Source: Desulfomonilia bacterium
GTDB lineage: Bacteria > Desulfobacterota > Desulfomonilia > UBA1062
DNA length: 64,000 bases
NCBI GenBank assembly: GCA_050014195.1
Contig: JBEKDT010000001.1
Location: forward strand, 320,001 to 384,000
Direction of reading: 5' to 3'
Shown here: piece by piece, positions 1-7,693 of the stretch
Numbering within the stretch: the stretch's first letter is position 1
Layout: every line of letters starts with the position of its first letter
Translations under genes and position numbers: made by a program
Notes under the pieces: model-generated
What the model was told of the DNA's origin: nothing
The model's database searches: none
Seen by the model: only the letters and a program-made list of their open reading frames with translations

Positions 1-1488
1 TTGTCTTCTCACTTCTGCAAGTTCCACGTATCCGGTTCTCTGGATGATACCTCTGAATGATCCTCCTGCTTCGATTGACTGAAGCTGTTCGTTGTCTCCC
101 ACCAGGATCACTTTTGCTCCTGCTTCATGGGCGTGCTCTAAGATCTTGTGCATCTGTCTGGTGCCCACCATACCTGCTTCATCTATCACCAGGATCTGGT
201 CTTTGCTGAGTAGATTTCTCTCATTTTCCCAGTCCTCCAGTTGTCTGAAGATGGTTGTGCTTTCGATCCCGCTTTCATTCTGCAGACCTTCTGCTGCTAT
301 GCCCGAAAGGGCAAGGCCTCTTACCCGATATCCTCCTGCTTCATACGCCTCTTTTACAGCACCCAGTGTGTAGCTTTTCCCTGTTCCCGCTCGACCGATC
401 ATCACGGAGATGTCGCCACTCGCAGAGATGTTTCTGAAGGCTTTTTCCTGCTCCTCGCTCATGGTGTAGTTCTTCGCTGTCTGGTTGATGATATCCCGTT
501 CCAGGACGTGTTCATTTGAAGATATCATGACTCTCGCATTATCGAGCATGGTCTTCTCATTCATCATCATGGTACGGGTGGAGAACAGGTCTTCTCCCTT
601 CTCGTTCTTCCCTATCTTGATGAGCTCGGGGCTGTTCTCAAGGGCGGATAAAACCCGGTTGAACTGATCTGCATCAGCACTGTGCCGGAATGCAAAATCC
701 ATGATGTCTTCCCGCTTGAACACAGCATCGTAGTGTCCCACGTGCTTGAGGGCCTTCCCGGGATCTTGGATAATACGGTCTCCGTTTTCACGGCATATCC
801 TCTGGTACTCTTCTAACCGATCAAGTCCTCGGGTTTCTTGCAAGTGGAGGTAGCCTTTGGGTAGGTATTTTGCAGCTATCCCTATCTTCGTTGTTGGTTC
901 AAGATCAATGCCTCTTTCTTCAAAGCTCCTATGGTCAACCTGGATATCGTGACCTGACTCCAGCAATTTCCGGTTCTGGATATTCGCCCACTCTTCCCTC
1001 CAGATAAGGATATTTGCTCTATCGTTCCAGGATCTTTCCTTATTGCCGAATCCGTTTGGTGTTACTTCTCTTGTGGTAAGTAAGATATGAACATGCGGGT
1101 TCTTATCGCTCTTGTGGATACAGATATCAGCTATCATTCCTCTATCTACGAATTGTGCTTGTACATATTCTCTGACCAGCACAATCTGTTGTTCGAGGTT
1201 AAGCTCCTTGGGTAGCGCTAATTCAACTTCCCGTGCGAGCTGGGCGTCCTTCCTCTTCTCTGCTCTTTCTACTTCGTTCCAGAGGGTTTGCCGGTCTCTC
1301 ATTCTCTCCGGGGCATTTTCCGGGAGGAGGATCTCCGCATGGGCAAGGTCTTTCTTCTTCGAGTAATCAAAGGTAAGGTCCTGACGCTCATCATAGAGTT
1401 TTTCACGGCTTCGATATGCAGCAGCAGAAACTGCGCTTCTTCCTGAAGACCTGCTTACTATCTTAGTTGTGGAATGATAACACGCCAT
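1..1488 (-). CDS. traA: Ti-type conjugative relaxase-helicase TraA (MOBQ/MobA-MobL family), runs off window start
   Basis: Not in ORF track. Manual translation from ATG 1488: MACYHSTTKIVSRSSGRSAVSAAAYRS...DAQLAREVELALPKEL...ADICIHKSDKNPHVHILLTTR, then helicase motifs GRAGTGKS, LVIDEAGMV, LVGDNEQLQSIEAG. Confidence 0.95.
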   Translation of the reverse strand, partial: MACYHSTTKIVSRSSGRSAVSAAAYRSREKLYDERQDLTFDYSKKKDLAHAEILLPENAPERMRDRQTLWNEVERAEKRKDAQLAREVELALPKELNLEQQIVLVREYVQAQFVDRGMIADICIHKSDKNPHVHILLTTREVTPNGFGNKERSWNDRANILIWREEWANIQNRKLLESGHDIQVDHRSFEERGIDLEPTTKIGIAAKYLPKGYLHLQETRGLDRLEEYQRICRENGDRIIQDPGKALKHVGHYDAVFKREDIMDFAFRHSADADQFNRVLSALENSPELIKIGKNEKGEDLFSTRTMMMNEKTMLDNARVMISSNEHVLERDIINQTAKNYTMSEEQEKAFRNISASGDISVMIGRAGTGKSYTLGAVKEAYEAGGYRVRGLALSGIAAEGLQNESGIESTTIFRQLEDWENERNLLSKDQILVIDEAGMVGTRQMHKILEHAHEAGAKVILVGDNEQLQSIEAGGSFRGIIQRTGYVELAEVRRQ

Positions 1489-1528
1489 TCTTATTTCCGA
1501 TTAATCCTTATCCGGTTCTGCTTTCCGC

Positions 1529-1560
1529 ACACGACGCTTGCGTTGTATTAGTGCGCCTTT
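1529..1560 (+). promoter_or_regulatory. oriT, MOBQ-type nic site
   Basis: ACGACGC-TT-GCGTTGT inverted repeat followed by ATTAGTGCGCCTTT, resembling the RSF1010/Ti nic consensus TAAGTGCG^CCCT; lies between divergent traA and mobC. Confidence 0.8.
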
Positions 1561-1740
1561 CCTTCGTAAAGTATTTAGCCCTTCGGTCTGCTCTCGCATG
1601 GGGGTTGCCTCGTACGTTACGATAAATCCCGATACGCTATCGGGCTCATGAAAAACCTTGAAGTGCTCTCGCTTGACATCTAACCTCACATAATTTAAAA
1701 CATAACAACATTTGTATTTATATTACTTTGAGAGGGCAGA

Positions 1741-1995
1741 ATGCAACCGAAAAAACCAGATTCACTCACAAAACTTCTGCAGAAAAAACAGAAGATCGAA
1801 CAACAGATTTCAAACGCCAAGACCCGCCTAAAGAAAGTGGAACGGGCCGCAGACACGCGGAAGAAGATCCTCATCGGCGCTTACTTCCTTGAAGTCAAAT
1901 ATAAAGGCAAAGAGGAAGAGCTCACCAAGATCATGGATGGCTTCCTTATCCGTGATAATGACCGGGCTCTCTTCGGCCTTCCGCCAAAGGGGTAA
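1741..1995 (+). CDS. mobC: Mobilization accessory protein, RSF1010 MobC/MobS-like
   Basis: DTRKKILIGA...DGFLIRDNDRALFGLPP closely resembles the MobC C-terminus; divergent from the relaxase across oriT. Confidence 0.8.
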   Translation: MQPKKPDSLTKLLQKKQKIEQQISNAKTRLKKVERAADTRKKILIGAYFLEVKYKGKEEELTKIMDGFLIRDNDRALFGLPPKG

Positions 1996-2013
1996 TGATT
2001 CTCTAAAAGTTAG

Positions 2014-2529
2014 CTAGTCGAATAAAACAGCCCTTCTCGGCCTTATTCTTCCGGCTCCGGGTATTTCCCTTTTCTCGGCCTTTCTTTTATGGGTTGGGAC
2101 AGTCGAAATTTGCATACCTGCTGCGTATATTTCGTGCTTCCTGACGACGTCGAGAAGACCGTCGAGGTAGTCTTCGATGTCTTGTCCCTCTTCTGTTGAT
2201 TCATAGCGATACGTTTCTATCATATCGCCAAGGCAATCGGCTATCGCTGCCTTGATATCTAGAATGGCCAATGGTTTTAGATCACTGCTCACTTTGCTTA
2301 GGAAGTCATTGAGCTTCTGGGAAGGAATCTCATAATTGATTATCTTTTCATAGAGGTCACCGATACCGGAAACATATTCATAGGGTTCATCCTCCTTTGA
2401 GATGGAAAGGATACCCTTATATTTTTCTTCAATCTGACGGTAAAACTCGGAGAAAGGGTCCCGTGAACTTTTTGATCTGCTTGTGCAACTCTCATCGTTC
2501 TGTTCCGTCTTCTGAATGATAGCTCCCAT
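2014..2529 (-). CDS. Hypothetical acidic leading-region protein
   Basis: ORF with GAGGAG RBS before ATG 2529; preceded by repeat copy 1. Confidence 0.65.
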   Translation of the reverse strand: MGAIIQKTEQNDESCTSRSKSSRDPFSEFYRQIEEKYKGILSISKEDEPYEYVSGIGDLYEKIINYEIPSQKLNDFLSKVSSDLKPLAILDIKAAIADCLGDMIETYRYESTEEGQDIEDYLDGLLDVVRKHEIYAAGMQISTVPTHKRKAEKREIPGAGRIRPRRAVLFD

Positions 2530-2565
2530 TGGATAACTCCTCAAACTTAAACTTTCCCAAAAACA

Positions 2566-2737
2566 TTTTTCCTGAACCCCTTCACAAAGCCCTGAGGGGT
2601 TTCAGAAAAATGATTCAAAAGACTGCGGAGCCATCCTTAGTGGGTATTGAGATCCTTGAGCCTCTGTAACGCTGCAAGCGGAATGACAATGGTTTTCCCA
2701 TTGGCGTGAGGCTTATCGAAGCGAGTGAAAGGGGCGA
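2566..2737 (-). repeat. Conserved upstream two-hairpin repeat, copy 1
   Basis: Shares GACTGCGGAGCC, CCTCTG, TGCAAGC-N4-TGACAA...TTGGC-N5-GCTT and the T-rich/CCCC..GGGG/A-rich stem with the other copies. Confidence 0.85.
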
Positions 2738-2821
2738 TGATTTAAAGAGATCAAGACCACAAAGTTGTCCCTCATAAAGCTGCCTTAAAAAATAACAGGA
2801 GATAAGCTTCCAAGACGATCC

Positions 2822-2850
2822 GGCCTCCGGGTCCATAAGACCCGGAGGCC
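2822..2850. terminator. GC-rich hairpin downstream of DUF4942 gene
   Basis: GGCCTCCGGGTC-CATAA-GACCCGGAGGCC perfect 12-bp stem; no clear U-tract. Confidence 0.5.
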
Positions 2851-2859
2851 ACTTTGATT

Positions 2860-3636
2860 TTATACTGACTGCAGCTTGTCACATCCGGCAATCTTGTTAA
2901 TCTCACAAACTAAATCCATGCGTTTGAACCGGATATGCATGTTTCCATTTTTATGCCATGTGCATTCAAAGTATTCTGTTTCTGTTTGCCATTTCTTTTC
3001 CCTCATGGCGTCTCTGATTCTTGTGAGAAGATTACCCGGGTACTTTGGCATGCCCGCACCATCCAGCAGATGAAATATCTTGTCCATGTCCCATAAGCTG
3101 TCTTCCCTGTAGCCGGAGAGGGTTGTCCAATACTTGTTATGGTCAATCATTCCCGGGATGATGGCTTTTTCTTTCAAGGCAGTGCGCTGGTTGGTCTTGA
3201 GGCCGGTCCTCTGCGGCCTCAGGAAGTTGAACACGTCTTCAATCATCTGCTTTTTAAACTCATCCCCACGGGTGATAAAGGAAAACATCAGCTTGTGTAT
3301 ATTTTCCTCCGTAAATTCGGGTACGTTCCCATCAGAAAGCTGCTTCTCGATACTCGAAATTTCTCTGGCCGGAAGAAGGTTCTTGATTCGCGAAAAGAGG
3401 ACTTTCCAGCAGTTAATCCGTACACCCTTCCTTGAGTCCTCTTTGTCCCTTTCAGGGTCGTATAAATCCATATCATAACGCCCTATCTTGCATGGGAAGA
3501 ACCGTCCCCCTATGATCTTCTCATAGAGTCCTTTTATTCTGACGAGCCTTGCATAAGCCTCATCCAGATCGGCCAATATTTGCTGATAGGCTTTAACGAG
3601 ATCACTTGTTTTCATTTCAGTCAAAAGATCGTTCAT
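2860..3636 (-). CDS. DUF4942-like protein (mobile-element associated)
   Basis: C-terminal ETEYFECTWHKNGNMHIRFKRMDLVCEIN and LWDMDKIFHLLDG resemble DUF4942; strong RBS GGGAGG before ATG 3636. Confidence 0.7.
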   Translation of the reverse strand: MNDLLTEMKTSDLVKAYQQILADLDEAYARLVRIKGLYEKIIGGRFFPCKIGRYDMDLYDPERDKEDSRKGVRINCWKVLFSRIKNLLPAREISSIEKQLSDGNVPEFTEENIHKLMFSFITRGDEFKKQMIEDVFNFLRPQRTGLKTNQRTALKEKAIIPGMIDHNKYWTTLSGYREDSLWDMDKIFHLLDGAGMPKYPGNLLTRIRDAMREKKWQTETEYFECTWHKNGNMHIRFKRMDLVCEINKIAGCDKLQSV

Positions 3637-3692
3637 GGATATTCCTCCCTTTGAATTATTGGCCTCCAGGGAGTTCCACCCCAGAAAACCAA

Positions 3693-3860
3693 TTTTTTCC
3701 ATGACCCCTTTCACAAAACCCTTAAGGGGTTAGGAAAAAAGGATGATAAGTTCGCGCAGCCACCTTGAATAATCCTGGGCATCCTGGATGCCTCTGGAGC
3801 ACTGCAAGCGGCATGACAACTCAGTTGGCAGGACGCTTTGAAAGCAAGAGAAAGAGGCTA
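3693..3860 (-). repeat. Conserved upstream two-hairpin repeat, copy 2
   Basis: TGCAAGCGGCATGACAAC-TCA-GTTGGCAGGACGCTT plus proximal stem with TTCACAAA loop. Confidence 0.85.
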
Positions 3861-3898
3861 GGCACTATTTTCCAGGATTAAAGCTAAAAGCATAAAAC

Positions 3899-3922
3899 GG
3901 ACGCGGCGCATGCGCTGCGTCC
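3899..3922 (-). terminator. Probable intrinsic terminator after ardC
   Basis: GGACGCGGCGCATGCGCTGCGTCC hairpin, followed on the minus strand by GTTTTATGCTTTT. Confidence 0.55.
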
Positions 3923-3935
3923 GGGAGCAGAGGAA

Positions 3936-4817
3936 TTACCCCTGCCCTGTTTCATCTTCGTGGTCATCGTCCTCTTGCCTGCCCGTGATGTAGTTGACTG
4001 CTTTCTGGGCCTGGGCCGCCGCCAGAACAACAAGCTTTGAATCCTTGCTGATAGAGTCCCTCCACCCTTGGATATATGCTGCTGAGTTCTCAATGGTGGC
4101 ATGGGCAATGCCGGAGATCCCGCACAAGTAAGCTGCACCCATCTCGGCAACAAGCTCTTCCCGGGCGTAACTCTTCGAGCCGAAAGCCGCCGGTGTGGTC
4201 AAGGTTTCCCGGTTGAGTCGTGTTTCTGAGCCTGTGCTGTGGGTTGTCTCATGAAATAGTACACTAAAATATTTCTCCTGGTTCACAAAAGCTGACTTGT
4301 TCGGCATCTTCACCACGTCCTCGATTGGGTTATAGCAGGCCTTTGTGAATCCGTGCTTTATCTCAGGCCTTCCCTTATATCCTTCTATAATGGCCTCTGC
4401 CTCGACTATGGGGTCTGAGTGAGACTCTTCCGGCTGGTCGGGATAGGTGATCCCTTCGCACTGCAGGACATTGAATACCCGGTAATACTTCAGGAAGGGT
4501 ATGTTCTTCTTTTCCATCTCGCTCGTTGCCTCGTTGAGCTCCTCTACTTCCTTAAAGTTCCAGAAAACCACTATAGAGCTTTTCTCACCCTTCTTGATGG
4601 TCCCTCCAAGGGTCTTGGCCTGGTTGAAGGTGAGCCAGTAGGGAGAGGCATAGCTTGAAGCAAGGAGCAACCATATATTGATGCCCCGGTAAAGCTTGCT
4701 CGTTACCAGGTTACGCGGAAATAGGATCTTGCTGGTCCATGGTTTTTTCCAGGGAATGATACCCTTGTCCAAGTGCGATAAAATCTGCTCGGTCACGATC
4801 TCGAATACGTTAGCCAT
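3936..4817 (-). CDS. ardC: ArdC-family ssDNA-binding antirestriction protein with zincin-like domain
   Basis: IPWKKPW, YRGINIWLL, WLTFNQAKTLGGTIKKGEK, VLFHETTHSTG, YAREELVAEMGAA; RBS GAAGGAGG. Confidence 0.93.
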   Translation of the reverse strand: MANVFEIVTEQILSHLDKGIIPWKKPWTSKILFPRNLVTSKLYRGINIWLLLASSYASPYWLTFNQAKTLGGTIKKGEKSSIVVFWNFKEVEELNEATSEMEKKNIPFLKYYRVFNVLQCEGITYPDQPEESHSDPIVEAEAIIEGYKGRPEIKHGFTKACYNPIEDVVKMPNKSAFVNQEKYFSVLFHETTHSTGSETRLNRETLTTPAAFGSKSYAREELVAEMGAAYLCGISGIAHATIENSAAYIQGWRDSISKDSKLVVLAAAQAQKAVNYITGRQEDDDHEDETGQG

Positions 4818-4844
4818 TTGTCTTTCCCTCCTTCTAAAAATCAA

Positions 4845-5002
4845 TTTTTTTCAACCCGTTCACTCCTGACTCATGGGTTGAGAAAAAATCGGAGAGATAA
4901 AGACTGCGGAGCCTCCTTTCATAAAACCTCTGAAGCGCTGCAAGCAGCATGACAACGAGTTCTATGTTGGCAGGATGCTTAGAAGGCGAGCGGAAGTGGC
5001 GA
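4845..5002 (-). repeat. Conserved upstream two-hairpin repeat, copy 3
   Basis: TGCAAGCAGCATGACAAC-N9-GTTGGCAGGATGCTT plus proximal stem. Confidence 0.85.
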
Positions 5003-5518
5003 AGGTTCTGAACATTTCAGAATTGTGTATAAAATCTGTTCACCATTAAGCCTAGGTTGCGTTCAAAGAACCGGGCAAAGGGATGGCTTTTTCGATCTTA
5101 ATATATAGAATCCACATGACTTATAGAGACCTATGATCTTTCCTGATTAAGTCGATTCTTAGATCTTCCAGAGATAGATTCATTCCCGACTGATACAATC
5201 AGGTTGCCTTATCTCAGAGTAGCTTATCTGGTTGATTATTGAAGGATGTTGAAATTCAGGATCTATTGTACTTGAGAAGCTCCTAATCATCGTATAGAAT
5301 TCAATTTAAGAAAATGCTATTATATTAATTAATGGTACACTGTATCAATTGACATCGGGCTTCTAAATCTTACTCACAATATGAAAAGAGGAGACCTGAC
5401 TTTTGTTCCCATTCACCGCTAGAGATATTCTTTTTAAAACTCTGAATCAACCTAAGAATTTCGATCATCCGGCTTTTGGAAGTGATGCTAAAACCTTCAT
5501 GGGGTTAAGATAGAAAAA

Positions 5519-6916
5519 ATGCTGACGACATTCGAGATCTATCGAAGAGCTGAGAAGTGCTTCGAGAAATGTTTACCACCTGAGTGGATTCCTACTAAAC
5601 CCAGGGATGACATCGGAGTTGATTATTGGGTGCAAATAACACGACGCGGAAGCCCAACCCCTTTAAGCTTTTTTGTCCAGGTCAAAGGCACAACAAATAT
5701 AAAGGAGACAGGGAGTTCTCTAGTTTACTCATTGTCGACGAAGAAGCTCAAGCAGTACATGAAGACGCCACTACCAGTTCTGTTTGTGCTTTGCGACATT
5801 AGAGAAGAAGAGGATGCCGATATTGCCTACTTTTGTTGGGTGCGCGAAGCCATAAGGGACGAGGTTCTTGCTGGGAGAGTGAACGAGGCAAGCTGGGCTT
5901 CCCAAGAAACGGTGTCCTTAGCCATACCTATTAAGCAGAGGTTATCTCTTGACATTTTTTTAGAAGAGATACAACCAGTCATCGATACTTTTGCAATTAG
6001 ACATGTCCAACAAGAAAATGAACATTTGGCTGTAGTAGATAAATCGAAGAAAGCCATTACATCCTTGCTGTCTTCTGGAAGGCTTAAAGAATTTGGATTG
6101 AATACCGAAGATCCAAAGACCGTAACAGCCTTAGAGTTTATGTCTGAGGGGGGCCGGTTACAGGATCAAGCCCGCCACATGGAGGCGATCTACTATTTTA
6201 AGGCGGCCGAAAAGCTTCTGCCCCATGATGAAACATTCCTTGCTGAGAGCTTCAGTTGGGAAGCATTAGGCAATTTACAAGAAGCGGTCAGTGCTTGCGA
6301 AAGAGGATTGGTTCATCATCCTGGACACCCTTATCTTTTATCACAATTAGGTGTCTATTATTTTAGAAGTGGTCAAATACATGAGGCTTTCGATCTTCAT
6401 GTACGTGCGGCACATGCAAAACCGGAGGATGGCGGTCTTTGGGCGAATGCAGGAGCAACTGCTGAGTTAATCGCTTCAACTCTTCATGGGGAAGATGCAC
6501 AAGCCGCTCTGGAGGCATCTGCCCGGTTCTTTGAGAAAGCACATCATTGCAATCCGCAGAGTGATTTTATTTTGAATGACTTTGGGCTAGTTTGCTCAAG
6601 ATTGTATCGCTTCCCTAAGGCCGTAGCTTTATTTGAAAAAGCTATAGCCATTAACCCCAAGAACATAACTGCACGCAGAAGGCTGGCCAGGGCTTATCTC
6701 TCATTGAAGCAGTATGATGAGGCTCATGCTCAAGTCCTTACAATATATGCAATGGGCGCACGAGATAAGGAGACCGAGAATATGGAAGCTTTGATAGAAG
6801 ACAACAGAGCAGGGCCTAGAAAAGACAGTTATGCCCAAATGATGAATAGTATGCGGAGATTCGAATTCGGTGCTACGAAGAAGGGACCAAAACGGAAGAA
6901 AAAGCGGAGACGTTGA
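5519..6916 (+). CDS. DUF4365 (PD-(D/E)XK-like) domain + TPR protein, putative defence cargo
   Basis: DDIGVDYWVQI...FFVQVKGT...LPVLFVLCDI at the N-terminus; multiple TPR-like repeats (e.g. KAVALFEKAIAINPKNITARRRLARAY). Confidence 0.75.
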   Translation: MLTTFEIYRRAEKCFEKCLPPEWIPTKPRDDIGVDYWVQITRRGSPTPLSFFVQVKGTTNIKETGSSLVYSLSTKKLKQYMKTPLPVLFVLCDIREEEDADIAYFCWVREAIRDEVLAGRVNEASWASQETVSLAIPIKQRLSLDIFLEEIQPVIDTFAIRHVQQENEHLAVVDKSKKAITSLLSSGRLKEFGLNTEDPKTVTALEFMSEGGRLQDQARHMEAIYYFKAAEKLLPHDETFLAESFSWEALGNLQEAVSACERGLVHHPGHPYLLSQLGVYYFRSGQIHEAFDLHVRAAHAKPEDGGLWANAGATAELIASTLHGEDAQAALEASARFFEKAHHCNPQSDFILNDFGLVCSRLYRFPKAVALFEKAIAINPKNITARRRLARAYLSLKQYDEAHAQVLTIYAMGARDKETENMEALIEDNRAGPRKDSYAQMMNSMRRFEFGATKKGPKRKKKRRR

Positions 6917-7212
6917 TATTGGGTTTTAAATGCGCATTCTCGTTTTCGAGTTGTGCCACGGATCTTGAACAGGATACGGTACTGAAAAGAAGGTTTAAGA
7001 TCGTGGAGACAAAAGATCCCTATCCAAATCGCTTTTTCAAAGGCTTCTGAAGTAATATATACTTTTAAGTCCTTATGACTGGCGTATAGATAGTGGTACG
7101 CTAGTTATACACTCTCTTCCTGGCCTTGGAAGTTTAAAGAACATAATAAAAAATCTCTCTCCTGAAGATCGATTCTCATCTAACCAAGACTGAAAAATAA
7201 CAGAAAATAAAA

Positions 7213-7404
7213 GCCCCCTCCGCTCGCTCAGAAAGCAGCACGCCAACATTGTGACCATGTTGTCATGCTGCTTGCAACGCTACGGGTGTCTCCTATGGTC
7301 ACTATCCGTGACCACCTTCTTATATGGTGAGCCTTTCAGGCTTGCTTTTCTCCGGTCGTTCCTCCCTTCCCCTTCAGTCGTTTGTGAAAGGGGCAAGGGA
7401 GGAA
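7213..7404 (+). repeat. Conserved upstream two-hairpin repeat, copy 4 (inverted, before xis-int)
   Basis: AAGCAGCACGCCAAC-N12-GTTGTCATGCTGCTTGCA is the reverse complement of the core in copies 1-3; proximal stem TTCCTCCCTTCCCCTT..TTTGTGAAAGGGGCAAGGGAGGAA. Confidence 0.8.
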
Positions 7405-7444
7405 AAGTTGGTTTTTATGTTTAAAGACTAAGGAGAGAAAGACA

Positions 7445-7693
7445 TTGGCTTCCTCTAACTCATCGGTATGGCTCACGGCAAAGCAGGCATCCGAATATGC
7501 GGGTGGTATTAACGAGAAATACATCCGAGAGTTATGGGCACGTGGCCTGATGCGATACTCAAAGCCCGATCTTGGACAGATGGTCACTAAGAGAGAATGG
7601 ATAGACGAATACTTAGAGAGCAGGGAAGTAAAGGGCGGAGTTGTACTAGACAATAAGATTGACAACATCTTGAAGGACGTTTTTAATGCGTAA
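7445..7693 (+). CDS. Excisionase-like winged-HTH protein
   Basis: WLTAKQASEYAGGINEKYIRELW...TKREWIDEYLE; small gene overlapping the integrase start. Confidence 0.7.
   Translation: MASSNSSVWLTAKQASEYAGGINEKYIRELWARGLMRYSKPDLGQMVTKREWIDEYLESREVKGGVVLDNKIDNILKDVFNA

Noticed and set aside
92-1366. Short + strand ORFs in the track
   Set aside because: Antisense shadows of traA, which the track missed because it runs off the window.
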